Origin: Eledone cirrhosa
Lineage: Eukaryota
Assembly: GCA_964016885.1 (NCBI GenBank)
Contig: OZ024741.1
Span: 226,858,001-226,922,000 of the forward strand
Reading direction: 5' to 3'
DNA length: 64,000 nt
Below are positions 18,433-31,614 of the stretch, in pieces (within the stretch, counting starts at the first letter, position 1; each line of letters opens with the position of its first letter). The notes beneath the pieces are model-generated. The model was not told the origin of the DNA and searched no databases. It saw only the letters and a program-made list of their open reading frames with translations. A program made the position numbers and the translations under genes.

Positions 18433-18523
<91 letters not shown>

Positions 18524-18526
<3 letters not shown>

Positions 18527-20418
18527 AAGTTTTATTTAAATTGTTGGGTTACAACGAGTAAATATTTATAACTGATATAAAAGCACTCAACAAGTATTTG
18601 GAGTATATCCACCTCGACAGAATTTAAACTTCGCTATAATAACCACAAGAATTCTTTCACAGATCCAAGCAAAAAATCTTCAACATCACTATCAGGCTTA
18701 CTCTGGCAACTTAAGCATGATAACGTTGGATATTCGACGGCTTGGAATATAGTCTCAAGAGGGATTCCTTTTAATTCATCTTCTGAGACATGTGACCTCT
18801 GCGCGGAGGAGATATTCTTTATACTAAAATCTAAAAATTCCCTTAATTTACGGACAAATTTATTCAGTTGCTGCAGACATAGATTGAACTCAACTTTTAA
18901 ATATAAATATAAATTTAAAATGTAGTATATTTACTTATGATTTGTAATTATTTATGAAACTCGCCGATAAATCTTTCGATTTCTTTTTTTTAAACATTCT
19001 TCATGAATAATTAAACTACCCTAAAAGCTGATGCTCCAAATATATCGAATAAATTTTACACTAGATAAACTTCTATAATAAATATAAGACCATCTGTAGA
19101 TCAAATGGGTATCCTAAACTTTTTGGAATGATTTCTGCTAGACAGGATTTGGTAAATAATTTTGGTTTCGTTTGCTGTTGATTCTGATGCTTATAATGAA
19201 CTTGGCAATATATTGTCAATTAATTTTGAAGGGTTGATTTCTGTGGTTGATTTGCGGGGCATACTGTGTTTTATTTTTAATATTTTTTAATTTTTTTAAA
19301 TATTTTTATTTTTATTGATATATTGATATCTGTTGTCTATTTATGCTTGAACGATAATCATGTAGAGTAAAGACAAGAATAGTATTGTTAAAATTAATGT
19401 AGATTCTATATATATTTGTGTGTATGTACACATATATGTATACTAGAATTTTTATAGCACAATGAGAATGTTTTCATGTGAAATAGGAATTTGCAGAGTT
19501 GATCACGTAAATTCACATGGATGTCTATAGTATCGAATCTGGGATAACCTTCTATTTTCTTTTTCTTTTTTCATGAAAGTGCATATATACTTATGTATTT
19601 CAATTTTTTTTGAAGTTTTTTATCTCAGTTTTTTTATCTCAGTTTTTTTATCTCAGCTCTGATTATAAACCTAGGAATTTTAAACTAGACATATGATCAT
19701 TATTTTTCACACATTATTGATACGTGTCTCATTCATGAATACTGATATTTACATTATAATACCTAATTCATACGAATTGATATTTTTAGATTGATGAAAC
19801 ATAATGTTTTAAATCTGCCTCGTTTATCTCTGGATATTTTTCTTTTCTCTCTATGTAACAGCTGTTTTCTCTCCTAACCACATATATCTCTCTCTACCTT
19901 AATACTAGAACTAAATAAATAAACAAATAAATAAATGTATCATTGATACGTCATTCAACTGGTGCCCAACTACCTATTTTCTTTCTCTCTATCTCTATCT
20001 ATATCTATCTCTCTCTATTTTTTTCTCTCTCTCTCTTCTCTCTCTCTCTCTATCTATCTCCCTCTGTCTTTTTTCTCTCTCTATCTATCTCTCTCTGTTT
20101 TTTCTTTACATGAATTTCTTCTCTCTATCTATCTCTCAATATCTCTCTCTCTCTGTTTTTCGTTGCATTCATTTCTTCTTTTTCTTCGCTTTCTTTCTTT
20201 CTTTCTTTTTATAACTGTCCCTAACATTTTTCACTACTAAATCAACTTTTTAAATGGAAGTTGAAGTTGTAAGGTATGTCAAATCTATCTATTTATAAGA
20301 CTGTTTATATTGTATTTTGTCTGATGAAGGCATACCATATTTTTAATATGATATCCCTGAAATATATATAATGAAATAAATATGGTTTTATAAATATAGT
20401 TTCCATTTATTTAATATC

Positions 20419-20420
<2 letters not shown>
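18524..20420 (+). mobile_element. Naiad-like PLE 3' fragment (GIY-YIG remnant, long 3' UTR)
   Basis: 18617-18924 translates TSTEFKLRYNNHKNSF...TSLSGLLWQLK...CDLCAEE...LNLRTNLFSCCRHR, HHR at 20318-20373, (TA)n flanks. Confidence 0.8.
20318..20373 (+). ncRNA. Type I minimal hammerhead
   Basis: tgt-CTGATGA-agg..catat/atatg..cct-GAAA-tatata-TA-atg then aataaa. Confidence 0.7.
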
Positions 20421-20473
<53 letters not shown>

Positions 20474-20935
20474 CGGATGCTTTGGGTTTTATGATATAAC
20501 ATGCACGAAGAATTCTGACAAAGCAATTATCTTAGGAACTGAGCAGCAGCAATTTTCAATAAATTCGTCAGAACAGATAAGATATATCATCAGTTCTGAC
20601 AGCGAAATCACCGTTTCAGAGAACCTTCTCTTTCCTTCTCTCAACTTTAACTAGGATATTCCATTTGCTCCCTTTATACTCATTGTCAACTTCAATTTGA
20701 CAATTTATATCACGATCCAACTAAGATAGTATAAGTTTTCGAGTCTGTATATAACAACGTTTTTGATATCGGGGGAGCAAGGACGACAGAAAATGTAATC
20801 TGAATATTTCATAAACCAATCCACCATAACAATTTTGTTTGAATCATGTAAGATGTATCGAAAAGCAGAAACGCAAAACTTGGCTCAACAGTATAAACTC
20901 TCTCGTTATCTTCATTTGCTGTTATATACATATAT

Positions 20936-21035
<100 letters not shown>

Positions 21036-21074
21036 AAAGGACGATTTGTTATGTCTTCACTACGTTTATTGATT

Positions 21075-21159
21075 GGTGACGCGCATTTCGCTATTGATCA
21101 GCTCATGGTTCGATGTGTATCGATCTGGCCCGACTCTGGAATCAAAAGCTCGCCGGACC
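21075..21159 (-). ncRNA. Hammerhead-like motif, altered core CCGGCGA, long stem II
   Basis: ggt-CCGGCGA-gct-tttgat...atcaat-agc-GAAA-tgcgcg-TC-acc then aataaa. Confidence 0.5.
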
Positions 21160-21191
21160 TCTGCTGTGGATATATATATATATATTATATA

Positions 21192-21250
<59 letters not shown>

Positions 21251-21254
<4 letters not shown>

Positions 21255-22898
21255 TACATAAAAGCGAATCAATAAGTAAGGCATGCAAGGAAGCCACAGA
21301 CATAGTCATCAATGTCCCCTCACCCAATGATCTCAAATTAAGACCTATAATAGCAGGCCCCGCTTGCGAAACGCACCGTCTTGGCAACTTCATTGATACC
21401 CTTCTCAAACCCTTCCTCAAGCACATCAAAAGCTATATAAGGGACGACCTAGATATGCTCAATCACCTCCCTAATATGCCCCTTTCTGAACAAACCCTAC
21501 TAGTGACGTTCGATGTAGTCAACCTATACTCCAACATCCCCCACAACCTAGGAATAGAAGCTATCCAATTCTGGCTGGATAATTTCCACAATGAACTCCC
21601 ACAACGCATCAAAAAAGAATTCGTGATAGAGGGACTCAAATTTATCTTGGAGAACAATTACTTCGTTTTCAATAACAAACCCTACAGGCAGAAATCTGGG
21701 ACCGCTATGGGAATGAAAACAGCCCCTACTTATGCCAACCTAGTCATGGGATACCTGGAAATCACCCTCTACACTAAAGTCCTAAACAAATTTGGAAACA
21801 CCCTCCACTTACACATTGAAAGGAACTGGAAGCGATATCTAGATGACTGCTTCATCCTTTGGCACGAAAACATCGAAAAACTTAAAGAATTTCACACCCT
21901 TATAAATGGGCTCAACACAAATATTAACTTCACGATGGAATACAGCCATCAACAACTCCCCTTCCTCGACATCCTCATTAAGATCCATAACAAAAAAATA
22001 GAAACAGACATATACTACAAGCCCACAGACTCCAAGCAATATCTCCCCTTCAACTCTTGCCACCCTAGACACGTTAAAATTAATATTCCCTACAACTTAG
22101 CCAAGAGAATCTGTACTATAGTCTCCAATAAAAACATCTGCTACTTACGGCTACAAGAACTAAAGGACACACTCATAGGCAGGGACTACCCTGCATCACT
22201 AATGGACAATGGAATCCTACGTGCCCTAAAACTCAGTACCCAGGACCTTAGACACCCTAAAGTAAAGCAACCAAAACTAAAAGCTCTTCCATACATCTCC
22301 ACACACAACCCCCTCAACAATGAGGCCTTTGACACCATCCTACAGAACATCCCTGCATTGAAAAAGGACCATAGAATGAACCAAATTCTACGAACACACG
22401 ATATCATAAAGAGCAAAAGACAATCCAAGTCAATGAAAAACATCTTAACACATGCCAAAGTACTGCCAACCACAACAACGAAACCCACAGTAAAAAAAAT
22501 GCGATAGACCCAACTGTGGCATTTGCATCAACCTAATAGAGGGTTCGGAATTCTATTTCAAAGATGGACAACGTTTTATAGTAAAACACAATTTCACATG
22601 TGCATCGGAAAATCTAATATATGTATTAACTTGTTCAGGTTGTCGAGAACAATACATAGGCCAGACCAAAAACAGCCTCCGCCAACGCATGACTGTCCAT
22701 AGATCCCAAATTAAAATACGGGAATACAGGAAAATACCACTGAGTGAACACATTGATACCTGTGCCGCCCAAAATCATCCCAACTTCAGAATCTTTCCCC
22801 TCTACAAATTTAAAGATAATGCCACCCACACCCAGCGCATCAGCAAGGAATCTTACTTCATTAACAAATACGGACCCCGTCTAAACACTTCTCCCTAA
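21251..22898 (+). pseudogene. PLE reverse transcriptase plus GIY-YIG endonuclease, single frameshift
   Basis: LRPIIAG, FDVVNLYSNI, GTAMGMKTAPTYANL, RYLDDCF, LPFLD, YYKPTD motifs; A8 run at 22492-22499 (A7 in the 8.2 kb copy) shifts the frame before the Cys motif and GIY-YIG. Confidence 0.92.
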
Positions 22899-23044
22899 GA
22901 CGAACCCACAACATACACACGTCAACATACATACCTACATCAGCACACATCTCTACCCACATATAAACACAATGACACACGTAAACACACATGCTCTATG
23001 GTGCAATACAAAGAAATATATGTGCATATATATGTATGTATATA

Positions 23045-23089
<45 letters not shown>

Positions 23090-23455
23090 GTAGTGAATAT
23101 ATGTATGTGTATATATATATAGTGAATATCATTTCACACCTTTTATTGTTAAGATTTTTGATGTTCTATTAAGAGAACCGATTTTACTGAAAAAATCGAA
23201 TAATGTACACCATTTTACCAGGGGGGAAAATATACTGGTCCACCCACACACACACACACACACACATACACATATATATATACACAAACACATACACACG
23301 CGTACATCAACATACAAAGAGACTTATATACACACACACACGCACTTCTCCGTATAAGACAAAAGCTGAAAAATATCTTTTGACATGCTAAAATACCCCC
23401 CATTGCTTTCAGACACATTCTTACTGACCATCCCTGCCACCACAAATTACTCTGC

Positions 23456-23492
<37 letters not shown>

Positions 23493-23579
23493 ACACTTAT
23501 CTTTTGACATGCTAAAATACCCCCCATTGCTTTCAGACACATTCTTACTGACCATCCCTACCACCACGAATCACTCTGC

Positions 23580-23668
<89 letters not shown>

Positions 23669-24255
23669 ATCTTAATAGCCATTTGACACACATCGCTGCT
23701 GGCCATTGTCGCAGCATCGAACACCTTACTACTACTACTACACACACACACACACACACACACATACACACACACACACACATATTTGTTGTGAAAGAGT
23801 TATTTCTCAATCTTGGCGCAAAACCAATTTTTTATTCACATGACCTCTACCGACCAATCAAAATTGTTTTGACCAAGAATTTTTGCTGGAGCCACTTTTT
23901 TAACATAAAAACAGTCTTGGCGCAAAATCAACTTTTTACATTCACATGAGCTCTACCGACCAATCAAAATTGTTTTGACCACAAGAATTTTTGCAACACA
24001 AAAATAACGCTGGAGCCACTTTTTTAACATAAAAACAGGTAGAATTCTCGAAAACTAATCAGATCAGAGCAAACAGCACGGACACTCTATCTCAAAATTA
24101 TTTTTGAAAAGCATTTAGAAATGCGCAACCGGTAAAAACTTAAAAACTTAAAACCACAACTGAATACTAACCCATACAATCACTAATACTCTTTTATTCC
24201 TAATTAAACCATTTTTCAACTGTGAACAATTTGTCAGCATTTTCTATTCCGTTTA

Positions 24256-24260
<5 letters not shown>
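21251..24260 (+). mobile_element. Neptune-like Penelope element, 5'-truncated at (TA)n
   Basis: RT, GIY-YIG and long 3' UTR ending gtttaccaat-(AT)n, same family as 7118-10069. Confidence 0.92.
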
Positions 24261-24333
<73 letters not shown>

Positions 24334-24473
24334 AATAACAGAAGGCTGGACTGGTGCACTCAACGTAATGCAACTCACCCGTCTTCGTTTGTGTTGTTGA
24401 TGATGCGAGTACGGAGTTAATTATTATAAAATAACAGGAGGCTGGACTGGTGTAAATCCTTGAAAGGTTTATT

Positions 24474-24531
24474 ATACTATGATCATTTCAATGACCGGGT
24501 TCAGTATGAATCCGGTGATATCATCAGGTAT
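24474..24531 (-). ncRNA. Type I minimal hammerhead in PLE-end fragment 24330-24670
   Basis: atac-CTGATGA-stem II (accggattca/tgaacccggt)-GAAA-tgatca-TA-gtat-aataaa. Confidence 0.85.
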
Positions 24532-24676
24532 TCAAAATATAACAAAGGAATATAACAGATAAAATCCATGGGGCTGAAAATCAGAGACAAGAGGACGACC
24601 GACTATTTAGCAGCTTTTACCTCAGTCTCGAGGGCGGCCGACTGAGGTAGAAGCTGCTAAATAAACATTATTATTT

Positions 24677-24860
24677 GGATTGCCAGTATAGGTAGAGGGT
24701 CAGACACCATGCTTTCCAGCATAGTTACGTCCCTTAACGATCTGAGTTCAAATTCCGCCGGGGTTAACATTGCCTTTCATCCTTACGGAGTCGATAAAAT
24801 AAAGTACCAGTAATGTACTGGGTAATTACTGGCCTTGTGCCAAAAGTAGAAACAATTATT
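24677..24860 (+). mobile_element. SINE, Nin/Deu-domain-like
   Basis: Full head, core and tail match to 1589-1770. Confidence 0.82.
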
Positions 24861-25007
24861 ATTTCTTACTTTACCCTTTCGTCACTTCTTGTGCTTTGAT
24901 CTGCAAACGTCACCCACCCTAACACATATCCACGCATAGAAAGAAACTCACACAACTACACACCCATATACATATACGTACGCATGTATGTATACATACA
25001 TACATAA

Positions 25008-25042
<35 letters not shown>

Positions 25043-25045
<3 letters not shown>

Positions 25046-26113
25046 ATGATAATAATGGAGCTGCGGCGTTGCAAATGGGTTACATATGAAAAAGTAAGTC
25101 CTTCATCAGTGACCCTCCAATCGTCCTAGGCATTTCATCGCTTTAAGGGCCATATACCTCAGGTTGGTGCGAACAACGGCTAAAAAAAGTCGCTGGGACA
25201 CGTAAATAAAGGGGACGTTAGGGTGAACAAACAAAATGGTTTAAGCAACAGAAAGTGAGAAGAAAGAGACAAGTCCCAGATTTCTATGAATATAAACTCG
25301 GTGAAATCGTGAACAAGAGAATAAAGACCATCAAACCTGGTTGAAATGTGAGCAAGGAAGGAATTTCGCACAGGTCTAACGGGGGGAAGAAGAAGGGGTC
25401 TGGTCTGCGAATTCGGTAAACATAAGTTCTGTGAAGTCGCAGACGAGAGAGAGAGAGAGAGAAAAAATTCATACCGGCTTGGCCAAAAGCGCGCGAGAAA
25501 AGAAATCGGACAGGTCAAACGGGAAGAAAGAGGAGGAAAGAGGAGGAGGAGGAGAGGTAGTGACAGAGAATGAGTGAGTGAAAGTTGAGGAGGAGGCTAA
25601 CAGAGAGAGAGAGACTGCTAGAAAGGGTAAAGATACAAAGAACGAAACAGACGGGTGGCAGCAGAGGAAAAAAAAAATATGTGTAAATATGATAATAATG
25701 GAGCTGCGGCGTTGCAAATGGGTTACATATGAAAAAGTAAGTCCTTCATCAGTGACCCTCCAACCGTCCTAGGCATTTCATCGCTTTAAGGGCCATATAC
25801 CTCAGGTTGGTGCGAACAACGGCTAAAAAAAGTCGTTGGGACACGTAGATAAAGGGGACGCTAGGGTGAACAAACAAAATGGTTTAAGCAACAGAAAGTG
25901 AGAAGAAGAGACAAGTCCCAGATTTCTATGAATATAAACTCGGTGAAATCGTGAACAAGAGAATAAAGACCATCAAACCTGGTTGAAATGTGAGCAAGGA
26001 AGGAATTTCGCACAGGTCTAACGAGGGGAAGAAGAAGGGGTCTGGTCTGCGAATTCGGTAAACATAAGTTCTGTGAAGTCGCAGACGAGAGAGAGAGAGA
26101 GAGAGAAAAAAAA

Positions 26114-26117
<4 letters not shown>
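25043..26117 (-). mobile_element. Non-coding tandem element (family F2, 643-nt period) with permuted hammerheads
   Basis: 25046 onward repeats at 25689, diverged relative of 16580-17688, (TA)n flanks. Confidence 0.78.
25741..25810 (-). ncRNA. Permuted-order hammerhead (copy 25098-25167 -)
   Basis: ccaacc-tg-aggtaT-A-tggccct-taaagcgat-GAAA-tgcct-aggac-ggttgg-agggtca-CTGATGA-aggac. Confidence 0.75.
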
Positions 26118-26181
<64 letters not shown>

Positions 26182-28103
26182 AAGAGTGAAGAATAACATA
26201 GTCAACAGTACAAGAAGGGTTTTATTTACGTGTTTTTCTGATTTTGTATATATATATATATAAAATTATGCTTAATTGCTGCGGATATACAAAATCAGAA
26301 AAACACGTATGCTTCAGTAAACACAAGTACATACATATGTAAACATATATTATTGTGAGGTCATTGGGTTTATATAACAGCAAAGACCGATAATAAATGA
26401 TAAAGCTATAGTCTTTGTTTGTCTTGGAGCTACGTTCAGCTATAATTTGAGTACCCTTAAATTCACTTCCTGTTCACATAACAGTATCATTTTCAATCGT
26501 ACTTATCGCAAAATCTTGAGATTTTTATCTTCGAACATAAGAGAAAAAAATAGTACAGAACTAGCATTAGAGAAAATGGCGAACACGTCTCTTACAAAAC
26601 AAATGTTTCATTATCTCGGCTGGGAACGGCTTCTTTTCCATAGACTGTGTTTTTAGATGTAATTCATGAGTGGAATAATGTATGATGTCATTTTTGATCA
26701 AAGGAAAACTCGACGAAGTTCGTATCGTATTACTGGTATTGAGTTTGTAACTAATGGGAAAGATATTGAACTCTAAAATACAAACCACTGTGGAAGGTCA
26801 ACCCTTACGGCCTCAAGTCAACAGACATCGACTATAAGATAAGAGAGCCTAAGCAAACTTGAAACATGTTCGAGTTGCTACGTATTCGATTACGAGATTA
26901 TCAAAATATATTCACCTCTGCTGTTCCTTTGAAAATAGAGCGAGAGAGTTTAAGTTCCAGGCTCAGTATCTGAAATGAACTTCTATCCTATGTTTTGAAG
27001 CGCCCCATCCCTCACCCTTTGATCTCGAAACACTAGACTATTTTTCGGCCTGTGTTGAAAAGGGAGTAGGGATGGAGCGCGAGGCTAGTAACCTTACCTC
27101 CATTAATCAAAATTTCTATAGCAACGACGATCAGATACCTGGCCTGAGGGCAGGCAGGCCAGTGAAGATACTTTCAATCTTGAGAAATGATGATCTCTCG
27201 TCGTCCACGGCTCAATAGGAAGCAAAGGAAACTAAATAAAAATAAAGATATCGAAATCAAAATCTATATCGGGCCAGTGAGGAAACCATTATGTATTCGT
27301 TCAACCTGCTAGAAATAGTACCCTAAGTCTTTTTCAAATCATACACTATTGTCTTGAAAAGAGAGGGCACATTGAATAATGACAACCAATGCCCCGCCTC
27401 ACAAATAAAAACGTCTACAACAAAAGATCGGGATGACCATGGCTGGGATACTTTTGATCAGATGCTACACGAATTGAACTTGCTTTGTTGGGTCTTAATG
27501 AAAACGTAAAATATAATACTTAAGATGCTGTTAACATATCTCAATACATTGAGCAGCAGGCATCTAATTAGTAAAATTAAAACATATTTCATGCCCACTA
27601 CATTAAATATGATAGCATTAATGTAGCTAATACATTTTTATACGAATGGCGTCTGTGAATTTAATCATAGAGATTTATTTATTTATTTATTTATCTATTT
27701 ATTCTTTAAATATTTTTTGCTATAGGGTGGTGGGTTGGCAGTATTGGTAGAGCGTCGGACGAAATTACATTGTGGTATTTGTTCTAGCTCTTTATGTACT
27801 GATTTCAAATACCACCAAGACATTTTAAACCTGGTGGACTCCATCCTCTCTCCGTGTATGAACACAGCCGATATCTTTCAGAGATGGACTGTGTGTGATA
27901 GAGAGAAAGTGTGAAAGAGATATATAGGAAGAATAGATTCCAGTACTGCGCTTGCACTTTCTTTTATCGACCCCGAAATAATGAAAGGCAAATTTGACCT
28001 CGGTGGGTTTTGAACACAGAGCGCAGAGAGCCGTAGCGAATATCACAAATCATTCTATCCGACTTTCTAACGAATCTGATAATCCTCCATGTGTGTGTGT
28101 GTA

Positions 28104-28613
28104 CCGTATATGCCGGCGTAAAAGTCGATCCGGCACAAAGGTCGACTCCTAAAATTCTGATGTGTAATTCAGGTTTAGGCCTATATTCGCTGGATAAGAC
28201 GACTCCCCGAAAACAAGGCAGTTGCAGGGGAAATAATTCAAAGAATTTAATGGCGCGCTAAAGGCTAAGACACTTCTTCTAAAACACTTCAGTTGCAAGT
28301 GAGTTCTAACCCACTGAGTAAACCTAACCTTACTGAACCTATGGTAACCTACCCTATGAGCTACGGTAAGTCATTGATATTATTATAATCTCTACGTTCA
28401 ATAAACTTAACAAATATTAGATTCAGTAGAAAATAATTGTGGTTGGCAGCTAGAGTTATGACAAGTGGTGTACAACAAGTGTTAGCAGGCAGTTTCACTG
28501 TTTACCCCTCAGTGGTAAAGGTTTACATTTTATATTCGGTGGACAAGTCGAACCCTGGTTTTGGAGAGATATCTTTAGGCTTGAAATGTCGACCTGTACG
28601 CCGGCATATACGG
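28104..28613. mobile_element. Tc1/mariner-pogo-type MITE
   Basis: TIRs ccgtatatgccggcgtaaaagtcga / tcgacctgtacgccggcatatacgg, TA on both sides, subterminal repeats. Confidence 0.88.
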
Positions 28614-29030
28614 TATGTATGTATGTAAGAAATTATTTACATCAACAACATTAAAGATTTATATGCTACATTTTAGTAACGTCTTGCATATTTTCATTGA
28701 AACGCATTTAGATTTAATTTCTATCGTTCATCTTTGATACTCGTTTTCTTTGTCTGAAAAGCTCAACTTTTCAAAACATTTACTTAATCATTAGTAGCAA
28801 CAACCAAGAGCACCAATGTATATACGTCTTCTGGTTTTATCTTTAAAACCTGATCACCAACAGAGAAATTGTCAGTTAAAAGGATCTTTCATGATAATTT
28901 AAACGATATTATCTAGTTACTCACGTATGCATGTGTTCACACATGTCATTGCATGTGGGAATCTTGTATTTCCACTTATGTAATGGTAACTATACATGAC
29001 GTTTATATATCTCTACGGATATAAATGTTA

Positions 29031-29368
29031 TGAAGGCGCATGGCTTAGTGGTTAGAGCATTGGGCTTGTAATTGAGAGGTTGTGAGTTCGATTCTCGGAC
29101 TGGTTGATGCGTTGTGTGCTTGAGCAAGACACTTTATTTCATGTTGCTCCAGTTTACTCAGCTGTAAAAATGAGTTGCGACGTCACTGGTACCAAGTTGT
29201 ATCGGTCATTGCCTTTCCCTTGGACAACATCGGTGGCGTGGAGAGGGGAGACTGGTAGGCATGGGTGACTACTGGTCTTCCACAAAACAAACCTTGCCCA
29301 GGCTTGTGCCTCGGAGCGAAACTTTCTAGGTGCAAAACCATGGTCATTCGTGACCAATTGGGGCGATA
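29031..29368 (+). mobile_element. tRNA-derived CORE-type SINE, full length
   Basis: tggcttagtggttag and gagttcgattc boxes, tgtgtgcttgagcaagacacttta core, TSD gatataaatgtta on both sides. Confidence 0.88.
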
Positions 29369-30216
29369 GATATAAATGTTAATTCAGAATGTGTTCACAT
29401 TTTTTCACATTTCCATTAGTGTCTTCTAATTTCTTAATATGACGTGTCCTTTATGACTTTGTGAATCCCAGCATCTCAAAATTGGTGTTGAAGCATTTAG
29501 TTAAATAACCAAGAACCGAAATAATTACAGGTATAAATTAGTATCTGCCGATTTTTTATTAGTTTTAACATTATTTTAACGTCTGCTACTAAACAACTGG
29601 TTTCTACTAAGCCCACTTTATTTTCTTCGTCTCAGAGTTGGTCTGTTTCCACAAGTATTCTTTCATATTATGGGTCGGTTTATTTTCCATATCACTGTAA
29701 TTTTTTATATTTTGATCTTCAAGATTATCCTTTTTACGGATTGCATTGTATAGTGTTTTGACCACGACATTATGCCTCATACGTTCACGGAGTCATAATG
29801 TTATTTTCACATAGCTGCCTATGACATGAGTCACATCTTCGGAGTTAATTCTACAGTGTCTGCATCAGTTTCCACATGCAGTAGTTTTAACTGTAGCTCT
29901 ATCACTTTTGAATATCAGGCATTTTGTTCTTGTTGCTGGCTTGCAAATCTTGTTCTTGAATTGTAAAGAGCTAGAAGAAAGGCCACAAAATATTTTTCTG
30001 ATAAGTGAGCCCTAATAAAATTATTTCTAATTTGAGCACAAGGCTAATGAATTTGGAAGGGCAAGTCGATTAAATCTACTCCAGTACATTACTGGTTATT
30101 TATCTTGAAAGGGACGATTTGAAACCAGAACATAGAGGGACGTAACGCAACACAGCAGTGCATTACATCCGATGCGTTAAAGATTCTGTCAATCTACCAC
30201 TCTTGAATTCTAATAT

Positions 30217-30383
30217 AATTGTTTCTACTTTAGGCACAAGGCCAGCAATTACCCAGTGCATTACTGGTACTTTATTTTATCGACCCCGTAAGGATGAAAG
30301 GCAAAGTCAACCTTGGCGGGATTTGAACTCAGATCGTAAAGGGACGTAACTATGCTGGAAAGCATGGCGTCCGACCCTCTACC
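30217..30383 (-). mobile_element. SINE, Nin/Deu-domain-like
   Basis: Reverse complement of family consensus. Confidence 0.82.
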
Positions 30384-31614
30384 CTTCTAATATAATGGTT
30401 GTTGGTCGATGATAGACTTCTTCATTAATTTATGTTACTGTCACTCACATTTTCTAACAATATAACAGTGCACAACCTCCCGTTTATCAACAAAAAGCTT
30501 GTCATTTGATGTTTTGTTGCAACAGAATTGTGCAATTTTCCTCAGTGTATCAACTTGGTAACCTCTCAGGGAACAGTATGAAACATCATTCTGGCTTTCA
30601 TGATAATATTTTCCGCATGTATGCAGATTTGAAAATGTCAGAAAATTGTTAGAACATCGGACAGTATACTTCGTGGTATTTGTTCAGGCTCTCTGCGCTT
30701 TGAATTCAAATCCAGCCAATGTCAACTTTACCGTTCCCCTTTTCCAGGTCATTAAATAAAGTATCATTTCAGTACTAGGTCGACACCTCCTCTATACTCT
30801 CTTTCTCACTTGCACTCCATTTCTTTCTATCTTATTATATAATTATTGTGAAGAAATTATCTGTGTTCTGACTTGTTGAAGGGTTGGATCCACCAAGTTT
30901 AAAGACCCGTGTAATTGTAATGACGGTGTCCTTAAAACTCCACCAGGAGTTAAGAGCCCATGGCCATACAGACAGACTTTATCTATTCGATACACTTCGA
31001 CGCGAGCTCTCTAATAGATACCCTTGAATGGATATGATGCGACACTTAAAGTCTGTTCAAATCAATGGTCTATGTTTGCTACCATGTTTTTGTTTTAAGT
31101 TGAGGCAGTCAATATCAATGTAGATGTGGAAATTACTGATAAGACTCAATAGGTACCTGGATTTAAAATCATCTAGCATCAAACTGAGTAGCTCGAATAT
31201 TAGTATGAGTACTTTTGTATGAAATACGTTGAGAGACACTGATTATTTGCATGCAGAGAGCTCTGTCGACTATTTTATCTAGCTGTTATACTCTCTAGTT
31301 AAGTATTTCTTGTTGCAGGTGTCATCATTGTATATATTTTCATCTGTCCTTTGACACCTGCAAGATTCCTAGACTTTGTAGAGAAGGTGTATGTATGTAT
31401 GAATGAATGTATATATGTGTGTACGTATGTACGTATGTATGTTTGTATATACGCAGGTATGTATGTATGTACTATGTATGTATGTATTATGTATGTACCG
31501 ATATGTTCATATAGCATCACATACACATATAATTCTTCTCCGCCAGCTCTGTTTCTTTCATTCTTTCCAGCCTCTCATATGTCAATTTCCTCTATACTTT
31601 CCCCCTACCCCTCC

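Noticed and set aside
24200-24260. gaacaatttgtcagca as an HHR 3' half in the Neptune-like family
   Set aside because: No CUGANGA partner with a matching stem found.
26577-26656. MANTSLTKQMFHYLG as first exon of the putative peptide gene
   Set aside because: No canonical GT donor with a good consensus in the required phase.
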